Notes under the pieces: generated by a model
Told to the model about the DNA's origin: nothing
Seen by the model: the letters and a program-made list of their open reading frames with translations, nothing else
The model's database searches: none
Program-made: the position numbers and the translations under genes
In this document: positions 1 through 12,600 of the stretch, one piece after another
How positions within the stretch are numbered: position 1 is the stretch's first letter
Layout of the letters: each line of letters opens with the position of its first letter
Assembly (NCBI RefSeq): GCF_004010195.1
Contig: NC_057720.1
Span: forward strand, 7,074,196 to 7,138,195
Length of the DNA stretch: 64,000 nucleotides
Source of the DNA: Chiloscyllium plagiosum
Taxonomy: Eukaryota
Direction of reading: 5' to 3'

Positions 1-250
1 TCCTCCCTGACCTATCACCTTCATCCCCTCCCCCACTCACCCATTGTACTCTATGCTACTTTCTCCCCACCCCCACCTTCCTCTCACTTATCTCTCCTCT
101 GTTCAGGCTCTCTGCCTTTATTCCTGATGAAGGGCTTTTGCCCGAAACGTTGATTTTGCTGCTCCTCGGATGCTGCCTGAACTGCTGTGCTCTTCCAGCA
201 CCACTAATCCAGAATCTGGTTTCCAGCATCTGCAGTCATTGTTTTTACCT
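1..250 (+). mobile_element. Penelope-like element 3' (pseudo-LTR) fragment with hammerhead-like motif at 124-151
   Basis: C/T-rich tract followed by ctgatgaagggcttttgcccgaaacgtt and the cggatgctgcctga...ccagcatctgcagtc tail also found at 1090-1220 and many other sites. Confidence 0.75.
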
Positions 251-259
251 AGTTTCTCC

Positions 260-420
260 CCACCCAGAACCACCTTCCCAACCTATCCCTATCACCCTGT
301 ATTTCCCATGATTAACCCACCTAGCCTGCATATCCTTGGACACAATGGGCAATTTGGCATGGCCAATCCACCCTAACCCACACATGTTTGGACTTGGGGC
401 AACTATGCATCTTTGGACTG
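260..420 (-). mobile_element. HE1/V-SINE-like fragment
   Basis: gggcaatttggcatggccaatccacctaacc...tttggact shared with fuller copies at 40341 and 42371. Confidence 0.65.
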
Positions 421-784
421 TTGTGGAAAGTGGAACAAAAAACATAAAGTTGTTGGAGAAACTCAGCAGGTCTGGCAGCATCTGTGGAGAGAGAAACAGA
501 GTTACCATTTCAAGTCCAGTTTGACTCTTTGTCACTTTCCCAAGTGGTGTACTCCTTTATGGTGTGGCCAATATTTATCCTTCAAGTGATAATACCGGTC
601 AGGTTGAGTTTATTGCCCTGTGAGGAGAGATTAGACAGGCCAGGCCTATAGGGATTCTATGATAGGACAGGCCAGGCCTGTGGGGATTCTATGATTAGAC
701 AGGTGAGGCCTATATCCTCTGGAGATCAGACAGGTGACATAACTGAAATTTGAAAGCTCCAATGGGGGCTTGACTGGATGGATT

Positions 785-1220
785 TGGAAACTGGAGGAAT
801 AACACCTCATCTTCCGCTTGGGACCCTCCAACCGTACGGGATCAACGTCGACTTCACCGGTTTCCTCATCTCCCCTCCCACCACCTCCTCCCAGATCCAA
901 ACCTCCAACTCGGCACTGCCTTCTTGACCTGTTCTACCTGTCCATCTTCATTCCCACCGATCCGCTCCACCCTTCTCTCTGACCTATCAACATCACATCG
1001 ACTTCATCTACCTATCGCACTCCCAGCTACCTTTCCCCAGCCCCACCCCACTCCCATTTATCTCTCAGCTCCCCTTGGGCCCCTCCACGTTCCTGATGAA
1101 TAGCTCATGCTCGAAATGATGACTCTCCCGCTCCTCGGATGCTGCCTGAGTGGCTGTGCTTTTCCAGCACCACACCTTTCGACTCTGACTCTCCAGAGTC
1201 TGCAGTCCTCACTTTCTCCA
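785..1220 (+). mobile_element. Penelope-like element 3' fragment: decayed GIY-YIG C-terminus plus pseudo-LTR
   Basis: 788-870 translates, with a stop and a frameshift, as KLEE*HLIFRLG/TLQPYGINVDFTGFLI, matching the LxTLxPxG(L/I)N ending of Penelope-like ORFs; degenerate hammerhead at ~1093-1117. Confidence 0.75.
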
Positions 1221-2029
1221 CATGAAATAGTGGCAGAGTGAATTCTGCAGCCCACCCTCCATCCCATAATATTAAGGCCTTGAAAGGATAGTGTCCAAAC
1301 TCCTATTCTTTAACTGAAAATCAGTTCTTCCCATCAAGGTAGTTCTGGTTTAGAGAGTGTCACATCCAAATATTGACCTTTAGTGCCTTTTCAGTTGCTT
1401 ATTTTGCTGAGAAATGAACCTATGGTGGATGGAACCACAGGTAACGAGTACTGGATCCAAAATTTGTTTCTCAACAGCCCTCTGGCTGAGGTCAGACTGC
1501 TCAGTCGCAACTTGAATTAAGCTGGAGAGCCATATTCTAGAAACATCTCTAGGGCAAGCGAGGGAGAGCCAGGGGCAACTGAAATCTCCACTAGGGAGAG
1601 AAGGGTTCAGGTACAATGCTGGTTTTCCAACTTGTTGATTTTATCCTCCACTGAAGCTAATAATCGGACAGGGTATCAATCTGCTCACTCTTGTGGGATT
1701 CTGAACCAGCATTCGATGTTAAAATGACACCCGCACCAGGGACAGTGCGACAGAATATTTGGTTGTTGGCTGCTGCCTGGTTGGGCAGACTCAGGGGAAA
1801 CAGTTGAGGATCTGGCTGTGGAGGTCGAAGGGTCAGTTTGAGGAATTATGGGGTCAGTTACATGATTACCCATGAGCCAGACTCAGATTTTTTTCAACAT
1901 TCCCAGGGTAACAATTCAGGTAAATGCATCAGAACCATCCAAAGTCCCCCATACTAAAGCAGAGATATTCATGGTGGGGGTTACCAGGAGTAGGAGAATT
2001 GCCAATGTGGGGGGAAATCCCATGTCTAA

Positions 2030-2352
2030 ATGTGTATGGCCATGGTGTGTGTGTGTGTGTGTTTGTGCGTATTCATTGAATGTGCCCATGCTTGAGTCCT
2101 GCAAGTGTGCACTGTGTGTCTGTGTCTCACATGTCTGTGTCCATCTATGTTGTGTGTCCCCATGTGTCCTGTCTCTCATATGTGTGTATATGTGATGTGT
2201 GTCCTGTGTGTGTGTCCCATGTGTGTGTATGCGTGTGGCCTTCATGTGCGTGTCCCACATACACATGTCCTGTATGTCTCCAATGTGTGTGTGTGTGTGT
2301 GTATGGGTGTGAGTGTCGGTGTGTGTGTCTGTATGTGTGTGTCTGTGTGTGC
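2030..2352. repeat. Cryptic (TG)n/(CA)n simple repeat
   Basis: Degenerate TG dinucleotide tract. Confidence 0.9.
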
Positions 2353-2478
2353 ATTGACAGCAGAGTATTACCAGAGAAGGATATGTCATCTCACAACATT
2401 GCAGACCTGCCCCAAGTACCACATTCTGAGGAAAATAACATTCTCATTGTTCAGGGGGATGCAGGTGGAGTCACTTAC

Positions 2479-2647
2479 TTTTTTCTGAAGAGCACAATGA
2501 AAGAGAAAAATAAACATTCCTTGGAAAGCGTTGAAGATTGTGAAGAGATAGGCCATTACGATAGATTCCTCATTGATGAAGAGCAGTCCAAATCCCCAAG
2601 TCAAGCCAAGTAAACAAAGCAGAGCAAAAGCACCCAGAACCCAAGAC
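2479..2647 (-). CDS. ADGRL2: TM6-TM7 exon ([56 protein letters not shown]), 169 nt, phase 2 to 0
   Basis: Acceptor ccccag|G, donor AAA|gtaagt; LLGLTW and FNAFQG motifs. Confidence 0.97.
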
Positions 2648-5600
2648 CTGGGGAGAAACAAAGAAACCAGCTTTGGTTAAAGCTAATATAAGCACCGTAT
2701 TAAAAGACATATTGCAACTGCAGTCTTTACTTCTTATTACTATGGCTACCTTCTCCAGTAAGCAGATTAAGGTGTGTGTGACCTCTCCTTCCATAAGCTT
2801 GACTCTAGCTAGTTTCCTGTCACTTCGCATTAAGTCGAATCAATTTCCACTTCTACTCCTGCCCTTTGCTCAAAGCCAGCAGAGCTAATATACACAGAAA
2901 AAAATCTTGAGTTGAAATGGCATTGTGAGATATTAGTAACTGATGGCTTTGTGTGTTAACATGGACTGTTTATTATTGCCACTTGCCTCAATTCTTTACA
3001 AGAGCAAGTCAGGAATCTTATCCTTGAAATTGGAATAATTTCATTTTTAACACTCCTTAGTTGAATGAAACAGTCCACAGAATCTCCAACGAAGAGCTGG
3101 AGCCTGAGGCCTACATTTACATGTGAAGCCTGAAACAAAATGGCTGACCTTTAGCTTTTGGATTTCCGATAATGCATCTCCCACTACAATATTAAAAGAT
3201 ATACTTGGCGAAGAAGACTTTGGCAAAGGTAGAACAATGCTCAGTATCAAGGTGAGTATTTATTGTTCATCCCCATGTGGCAGAGAGAGAGTGTCAAGTG
3301 TACAATTTGGGCTTCTTTTATGTGTGCATTTTGTGTATGGAGTTTGCGGGGTTGGATTTGTCAGTAACTCATGAGATTCCTATGAAAGAAGACAAAGCGG
3401 CAATAATGGGAAAAATAAAGAGAAACTCGCGCAGAGAAGAAAAGATGAAGAGGTTCCATAGATCAAGCTCTGGGCTAATGCTCTTACTTGAGGTGTGGCT
3501 TATTATCCTCATAGCTAGAATGCATCATAAGCAGAAAAAGAGACAAAAAAAATTAGACAATATTGAATGCAAAATGAATCTCAAGCAAGCGCTCACACAA
3601 TTATATTTGAAGAAATTAATGTTTTCTCTAAATATAAAAAGAAAGGCAAATGCCAGCTATGTACAAAAATTATTATCAGCCAGAAACGATCATATAGGTT
3701 TTAGTAAAGTTTATAAAACTTGCGGCCAGATGAAAGCAATTATTACATTGTCAGAAAGTTACTAAAGCCACAAATTATTAAATCATGCATTAATCATATT
3801 TTTTTGGTATGTGTGATTCCTTCTTACCCTGGTAAGTCTGTGTTATAGTAGCCATCGCATACACGGTAATTACTTGTGTGGATGAGGAGAAGCGAAAGGG
3901 CAAGGAGAGAAAATGGAGAAAAAGAGAGAGATCCTATAGATTAGCTCTCTCTCTCTTCATGCAGCATGCAGTGAATGTGGCATTCAAATATCCTGCCATT
4001 TAAACATCACAGAAATAGCAGCATCTGTTGCAAGATTGGTGCCACTGTCCCCTTACCTCTGCAGCCCACCCCCTCCAAACTGAACCATCACCCCCCCCCC
4101 GCCCCCCTTGTACCCCAGAATGTTTACTGCTCACAGAGCTCCTGTTCACAAGCCCATTTACCGAGCTTCGCCTGCCTATTTGCCTGGTCGCGTGCATTCC
4201 CTGCACTAACCAAATACCCCGGGAATGCCCACATGGCAGCAGGGGTGAATCGATCATCAAGACTGGGCACCAGTCTACCTTAACTTTGTGAAGAGGAGGA
4301 TTCTGAAGAAGAGTCATTTCAGACTCTAAATGCTGGGTGAAACTACAACTAGGGGGCCTAACCTCAAATTCAGGGGGAGCAGACTTAGGGCTGAGTTGAG
4401 GAGGAACTGCTTCACGTAAAGGGTTGTGAATCTGTGGAATTCCCTGCCCCAGTGAAGTGGTTAATGCTACCTCGTTGAATGTTTCTAAGGCAAAGATAGA
4501 TAAGTTTATGAGCAGTAAAGGAATTAAGGGTCATGGTGAGGAGACGGTAAGTGGAGCTGAGGCCATGAAAAGATCAGCCATGATCTGAGTGAATGGTGGA
4601 GCAGGCTTGATGGGCCAAATGGCCTACTCCTGCTCCTAGTTCTTACGTTCTTTTGAAATGTTAACTGTGTTTCTCTCTCTACAGATGCTCCCAGACCTGC
4701 TGAGTTTCTCTTAACTTTGTTACACACAATTATTTGGCAACAAGAACAGTGGCCGCAGACTGTGTGAGTAAACAAAGACAGACAGCAATACGCTGATAGA
4801 TAGGAATGAAAATGCCATCACATGAACAGTCACACATTATCCCCAAGATACTTAAAAAGCCTGCCTTTTTTCCCCAATCAAAAGTCATTTTCTGCTAGGT
4901 TTTGATTTTTAATTATTTTTAAAGAGTTTAATTTTGGTTTAGTACCAACTGCAGCAGAGAATAATACAGGCTGGATGGAGATCGTTCAGCCCATCATGCC
5001 TATGCCAGCACTCTGCAAGTGCAATCCACTTTGCCCCACTCCCACTTTAGGGACCTGGAAATATTTCCTTTTCAATTCTTTACCATGGGCTCATGGTGGC
5101 TCAGTGGTCGGCACTCAGTGCTCAGGACTTCGGGTTCATTCTAGTCTCGGGTGACTGTCCGTGTGGACATGATACAAAGGTGCAGGTGTTGGACTGGGGT
5201 GGACAAAGTCAGATGTCACATGACACCAGGTTAGAGTCAACAGTTTTATTTAAAATCACAAGCTTTAGGAGCGCTGCTCTTTCATGAGATGAACACTGGT
5301 GGGTTTCCTCCGGGTGCTCTGGTTTCCTCCCACAGTCCAAAGATGTGCGGTTTTGGGTGGATGGGCCATTGGAAAAGTGCCCACAGTGTCCAGGACGTGC
5401 AGGTTAGGTGGGCTAGCTGTGGGAAATGCGGGAATTAGGGGAGAGGAAAGGAGGTGGGTCTGGGTGGGATGTTTTTCGGAGGGTCAGTGAGGACTCAATG
5501 GGCCGAATGGCCTGCTTCCACACTGTAGGGATCCTACAACTAAATTTTATGATCCTTTTTGAAAGCTACTAGTGAATATACTTGCAGCTTCCTTTCACAG

Positions 5601-8600
5601 GCAGTGCTCTCCGGACCGTAGCTATTGTTAGTTCTGCTTTTCCCACACTGCACATTATTCTTCTCAGCCAATATTTTCCATCATTACTCTATGCAAATAT
5701 CACACATTACGGTGCGGTTGGCATTTAATAGAGAAGCTAAGCCCCGTGATATCACCGAAACAATGAGCAGCTTCTCTATCTGTGAACAAACACACAGCTA
5801 AGTCTCTTAAGAATGCAAGATTACAAAGGAATACTTCTCAGGCTACAGGAGAAGAAAGCCATTTAGAAAAACAAACTCTATTAAATCACGGCAAATATGC
5901 AAACAAACACCAAACTGCCTTTGCAAAATCCAGATTAAATTATCTCTGTTTCTGACAGACATGAGCCCCATGCGTGAGACTGTCCTTCACTCGGGTCGCT
6001 TCCACTTTCTGACATTCGGTCAACACCTCTGACCTTCGGAAGAGGGTCAGTTCAAACTGGACCCATCCACCTGACTCCCACCCCCACAATGTCCAACCCC
6101 TCCCCCCTCAAAGCCCTCCACCCGTCCCGATTTGCGCACAGTGGGTGAACAGGAAGTGACAGAATCCCACGGTCGCCTGGGAAATCAGCCCCCACTGAGC
6201 AGCAAGGAGCGTTTGAGCACCGAGTTAGGAAGAAATCACAAAGGGCTACGCGCTCCAGCTCCCTCTCATAACCATGTCCCTCCCCATCCCCCCACCAACG
6301 CCTCCAATTCCCATCACTCACTTGATGTTCTCCAACCTGCTTGAGTCTGGTTTCAACGTTGGCGTGTGCTTCACCATTTTGTACACGGTGATGCACAAGA
6401 AAACGAGGTTGACCTGCCAACACAGAAGAATGAAAGATTCAGTCGTGGGTGAAACCAACAGTGGTGGGGTCGGGGGGTGGGGGGGGAGTGGGTGGGGGTG
6501 GATTGCAGGCAGAAGAGGCCATTACCCTAACCCAGGAGCCTGGATTGCCAACAGGTACGGGGCTATAGGACTCACTCCTTCACAGAAAGAGGGAATGGAT
6601 ATCCAGAAAAACTTGAGGGAAGAACTTTTTCACCCAGAGGATGGTGGGAATCTGTAACGCTCTGCCTCGTATGGGGAGGAAACCTTCAGAACATTGAAAG
6701 AATTGTTTAGGTATGCACTCGTTACGGCTATGTGCTGGAAGATGGAATTAGAATAGTTACGGATGTGAGTAGCCAAAGGGCCTCTTTTCTGTGCTGTTGA
6801 TCTCTGTGACTCCAACCCTCTTCCCCTGAAACACTATTGATGTAGGTGACCTTTTCAAACTGGGATGGATTGGGGTCTTGTTTAGACAATGGTGATCAGC
6901 GGAATGATGGAAAGGCTCGAGGGGCTGATTGACCTCTGTCAGCTGTTATCATCTGAAATTGAAACTTTTTGGGATATCTTTTGACCTTATTACATGACCC
7001 ATCAAGAGCGTCTGATTTGAAATAGCACCATATAGTTCACCCTTTTGCTTACTAAGTTGAAAGATTCTTTCCTGAGGGAAATGCAAGTTATGTGTTCATT
7101 TGGGCAGTGTGGGGTTAACACTGTGTTAAATTCTCAGAGGAATTTATCCCTCTGGTTAAGATGGCGGCACAGTAAGACTTCCAGCTGAAGCCCCTCTGTT
7201 CACCAACTCCTTTTCCTCTTTCTATCCTCTTGCTGCAGTTTTAGTTCACACACACACACCACCCTCGACAACTTCTAATTTTTTTCAAGTAGCCTAACCG
7301 GAGGGAATGGAGAACGGAGTTCGAGACCAGCCGACGCGGGAGACAAGTCATGGGCAGAGGGGCCGTGTCCCGGAAGCGAGCCACGGTCAGAGCCGGAGCG
7401 GGAGCAGAGCGAGCGCGGGATGAGCTGGGAGCTCAGTCATGGCGGGAGTGGGAGTGAGCCCAGGCCGACCGGGAGGACAAGTCCTGGATGGAGGCCAATG
7501 GGTGGAGGTAACGAGTCCTCATGTCCTGAAGCCTGCCGTGGATGGACCTCAGTGAGACAGACTATAACATGAGTAATTTAAAGGCACCTTTTGTTCTCAT
7601 TCTGGACTTTTAAACTCTGTATTTCCATGCTACCCTCGGTTTTTAAACTATTTCAATTCTGTAACACTTTATCTGTACCAAGGTACCCTGTACCTAAGAT
7701 GGTGTCGAGAGGCGACATTACAAACTTTAGACAGCACTCAGTCAAGTGCATGTGACAATAAAGGCTATTCCAAAAAAAAATACAGCAATGTCCTCTGTGT
7801 TGACAGGTTTTTCATCTTTCCCCTCCAAATTACAAGCAAAAATGGGTTAATCCTACGGCAGGTTTCTCTAAAAGCACTACATGCTTTTAAGAAGGAACTA
7901 GATATAATTCTTAGTGCTCAAGAGATCGAAGACTACGGGGAGAAAGCGAGAATGGGACAATGTGTTGTATGATCAGCCATGCTCATATTAAATGGCGGAG
8001 TGAGTTCAAAGGGCTGAATAACCTACTCCTGCTCGGATTTTCTACGTTACTTTACATAAGCTCGTCCAATCACCTATTAGAAACATGCTGATGAATTTGT
8101 CAGTGGGATGAGAAGGAAGTGAATGCAGCTTATGAGAATGGAAATGATGGAATGCAGCTCCAACAACACTCAAGCATCTTGGCACCATCCAGGACAAAGC
8201 AGCTCAAAGATTGGCACCACATATAGAAGCATCCACTCGTCCACCATTAATGTTCAGTAGCAGCGGTGTATAGCATCTACAAGATGCACAGCCAATGCAG
8301 ATACATGGGAACACTACCCCCTGCAAGTTCTCCTCCAAGCCACTCACCATCCTGACTTAGAAATATATTGTCGTTCCTTCACTGCTGCTGGGTGAAAATT
8401 CTGGAATCCCCCTTTCCAAGGGTATTGTGAAGGGATTTTGCCCGAAACATCGATTTTCCTGCTCCTCGGATGCTGCCTGAGCTGCTGTGCTTTTCCAGCA
8501 CCACTCTGATCTAAACTCTGGTTTCCAGAATCTGCAGTCCTCACTTTTGCCAAGGATATTGTGGGCCTACCTACAGCACGTGGACTGCAGTGGTTCAAGA

Positions 8601-9588
8601 AAGCAGCTTATCATCACCTTCTCAAGGGGCAACTAGGGATGGGCAATAAATGCTGGGCCCAGCCAGTTTGTGATATCCATGTCCCACAAGTGAATAAAGC
8701 ACATCCATAAGGAGTGGCTTCACTTCACAGGCTTGTGCGCAAGTGAATGGTGTGACTGAAGCACTCATGATGCTCATTCTGAGGAGATTTTGTTGAAAAT
8801 AACCGAGGCAAAGTTACAATTTTTCTGATGTTGTTCAGTTTAAATTGTGTGTTGCAACAATTTAAAGCATTCTTTAGCTTGCTCTTTTCATTAAGACGAG
8901 AATAAACCAAGGATGCTTGACATTTTTTCTCCCAGTCTTCTTTCAATAACTCACAAATAATCACCAGGGGTTGAAAGTCTTCTGCCTGCAAATGTGGATA
9001 ATAATATCACATAAACTTTAATGTGCTCACATAAAATTCCTCCGTATTAAAAGAAGACATTAATGGGTTTTGGAAGAGGATCGAAAGGTTGTAGTGAGAT
9101 GAATTAAAAGAATGCCTTCAAGAGGGGATACAGACACAGAGTTCTGCTGGTGGCAGAGAGGTGGGGGAGGGGCAGTTCACCGAGATGAGGAGAGTTTGCA
9201 GCTTTGATTTTAATCCCCTGAGGAATTTTGTGTGTATGTCTGTGTGTGTGAGAGAGAGTATATGTGTGTTGGTGTGTGAGACAGTGTGTATTTGTGTGAG
9301 TGAAGGTTTGTGGGTGTTTGTGTGTGTGAGGGAGAGAGAGAGAGTGAATGTGTACATGAGTAGTTTGTGTATGTGTGTAAGCGTCTGTATGTGTGTGAGA
9401 GTGAGTGTGTGTGTCTGCGTGTGTTTGAGGGTGTGCATGTGTGTGTAAGAACTTGTGTCTGCAAGTGTGTGGGTGTGAGTATGTATGTGCATGCGTATGT
9501 GTGCCTGTTCAAGGGTGTGTGTATGAGAACATGTCCATGAGTTTGTGTGCACATTTGCAACAGCATGTGTGCACATTTGTGTGTGAGA

Positions 9589-9619
<31 letters not shown>

Positions 9620-12600
9620 TATCTGTTCATCCGTCCAGGGATGGTCCACTTTCACACCATCGGATCCATTAAAGAACAATTTATTTTGTTTGCAGGTTCA
9701 AACAAGCCTCACTGCACACAACCTGCTGTATATCTGCTGCAACACTGCACCCAACCTGCTGCATTTCTGCTGCATTGCTGCAGACGACCTGCTGCATCGC
9801 TGCACACAACCTGCTGTATATCTGCTGCATCACTGCACCCAACCTGCTGCATTTCTGCTGCATTGCTGCAGACAACCTGCTGCATCGCTGCACACAACCT
9901 GCTGTATATCTGCTGCATCACTGCACCCAACCTGCTGCATTTCTGTTGCATTGCTGCACTCAACCTGCTGCATTGCTGCACCCAACCTGCTGCATTGCTG
10001 CACCCAACCTGCTGCATTGCTGCACCCAACCTGCTGCATTTGCCACAAGTAATGAAAAAGCTTTGGGTCACCTTGATGTCCCTGTATTTATATAGCACCT
10101 TTCACAGGCTTTGGATGCTCCAAAGCAATTTAAAGCCATGCACGATGTGGGAATTGGGGCAGCCAGTTTGTACACAGTAGCTCCGACAGCAGTAATAACG
10201 GTGAGAGAGCCTGTTTTGGTGACAGTGATCGAGTGAGAATTGTTGATGGTGACAACGTGAAGAGCTCGGTCACTCTTCCTCAAATTGGGATCACAGGGTT
10301 GTTTCTGTCTCTTGTCTTGACGAGGATTGAAGCCTCGTCCTAAAGCTGGCACCTTTGATGGTGCAGTACTCCCACAATCCTGCATTCGTGTCTGTCTCAG
10401 TTCTGTGGTCGACCTTCCCCTAAAACGGAGCTCTCCCGACCCTTCCGTGGAAACTCCCATCCTGTTACTTCCGACGCCTCTCTCTTCCCATTTCTGATCT
10501 ACACTCCACACTGAGGTAAACATTATCCCAAACCAGAGTGTTCACTTGCACTCGCACACTGAGGACACCCAGTCCTCCCTCCGAATACTACTTCCCTCAG
10601 GACAGGAGACCAAAAGCTTGGTGAAAGAAGCAGGTTTTCGAGAAAACTAGGGTGTACATTTTTAAGGTGAGAGGAGGGACATTTAAAAAAGACATAAGGT
10701 GCCAATTTTTTACACAGAGAGTGATTTGTGTGTGCAATGAACTTCCTGAGGAAGTGGTGGATGTGGGCACAATTACAATATTTAAAAGACATTTGGATAA
10801 GTACATGAACAGGAAAGGTTTGGGGGAATATGGGCCAGGAGCAAGCAGGTGGGACTTGTTTAGTTTGGGATTATGGTTGGCATGGACTGGTTGGACCGAA
10901 GGGTCTGTTTCTGTGCTGTATGACTCTATGATTCTAAGTAAAACAGAGAGTGAGAGAGAGAAGTCGACAGGGTTGGGGCGGAAATGTAAAACCCTGGGAA
11001 CTACAGTAAATCCTCTGTATCTGAAATTACAAATTCACCTATCCGTGCCGAAAAATAAGTAACAACAAAAATCAACATCCCCAGGCAAAAATCACGCATC
11101 CGCCAATTTTATCCTGTTTTAAGGAGCTCCATGCTGGTGCATTTCATCACTCATGCGGCTTGTCAGGAACAGAACCTGCGCAGGTACATCACCAAATAAC
11201 CAGCAAATGGGTCACACAGAGGTCTGGCAAATGCAGTGAGGAGAAAGAGGCGACTGCAGATGCTGGAGAGTCAGAATCGAAACGCGTGGCGCTGGAAAAG
11301 CACAGCAGGTCAGGCAGTAGCCGAGGAGCAGGAGAGTCAACAGATCAGGCATAAGCCCTTCATCAGAAATGCAGTGAGGTCAAGGAAAGCATTCAAAGTC
11401 AAGGGCGAGAATTCAAAATTCCGAGAGTCTCGAGGCCCACATCCCTCTATCATTCTTCCATCAAAGATCTTGCAAATAACCGAGTGGCAGAGCATACGCA
11501 GATAAAATAATTGTCTCATCATTTTCCTTTCACTAAATGGTAAGTGGCTACAGCAAAGTGTTAGCATTGCAATCTACAGCAGTTTAAAGAGTTCAACTAC
11601 AGCCTACAGATTACTGGAGTGTAGAGTGTATTTTATAACCATCAACCTGCCCACTCAAATCACATCCACCACAGGCTTAAGAGTGGTTTAAAATTCATCT
11701 CACGGAGCCTGCAGAGCTGTTATAGATACAATGAGATACAAGCCACAAAACGCCATTCTAACATAAACAGAAACAGGGATTGCTACAGAAACTCAGCAGG
11801 TTTAACGTTTTGGATCCAGTGACCCTTCCTCAGAACCCACTCGGATATAACCCCTAGCAGAACCAAACATGGCCCAACTCTCTTCAGCTTCTCTGGAGGC
11901 CAGCTGTCTGATACTGACTGAAAGCGTCTGCCTTCATTCTGCAGTGTATTCACTACTAGCCATTGAACAGAAGCCCATTCCTCTCCCTCGCTGGGGGCGG
12001 TGGGCTGTGAGATTGTTCAGAAGAGAAAGGCTCAGAGAGCATGTGCACACAGTTGAACTCTGAATGAACCTAATTAAATATTAAAGGTGTAGATGGAGCT
12101 GTCCAAATGATAAGTACAGCTATTGACGTGCCATGATCCAAGCTTTCATTAAAGCATTTCAGGCATACTAATGGCTGCCCAGTGCTCATTATGTCTGCAC
12201 TGGTTTGTTCATAGATATGATCACGCTCAGGTCTCAAGCACTGCAGTGAAGAGGGATGCAGGAAGTCGGCGTATGTGCATGTGTATTTGTGTCTGTCTGT
12301 TTGTCTGTCTGTGTGTGCATGTCTATCTCTGTGTTGATGTGTAAATCTGTCTCTGTGTTTTTCTCTCTGTTCTGTCTGTGTGTCTATGTGTTTATGCGTG
12401 AGTCTCTGCGCGTTTTTCTCTTTCTCTCAGCGTCTATATGTGTCTGTGTACACTTGTCTGTCAGTCTGGGCATTTGTGTGTGTATTTGTCTGTGTGCAGG
12501 TGATTTTATGTGTGTATAGCTGTCTGTATATGTGTGTGTCTGTGTACATGTCTGTATATGTTTGTGTCTGTGTGTGACCATGCTTGTGTGTCAGTCAGTG

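Noticed and set aside
1872..2488. Cys/Val and His/Thr-rich ORFs (also 9118-9630, 12256-12901, 13330-13776)
   Set aside because: Translations of TG/CA and GA/TC simple repeats.
3277..3765. 162-aa plus-strand ORF overlapping the 27-nt microexon
   Set aside because: Lys-rich antisense reading of pyrimidine tracts; no recognisable homology.
6462..6502. G-quadruplex-like G-run cluster near the TM5 exon
   Set aside because: C-rich on the transcript and similar runs are common in the window; no evidence of function.
9593..10180. Cys/His/Gln-rich ORFs resembling metallothionein or keratin-associated proteins
   Set aside because: Open in several frames on both strands because of the minisatellite; no gene structure.
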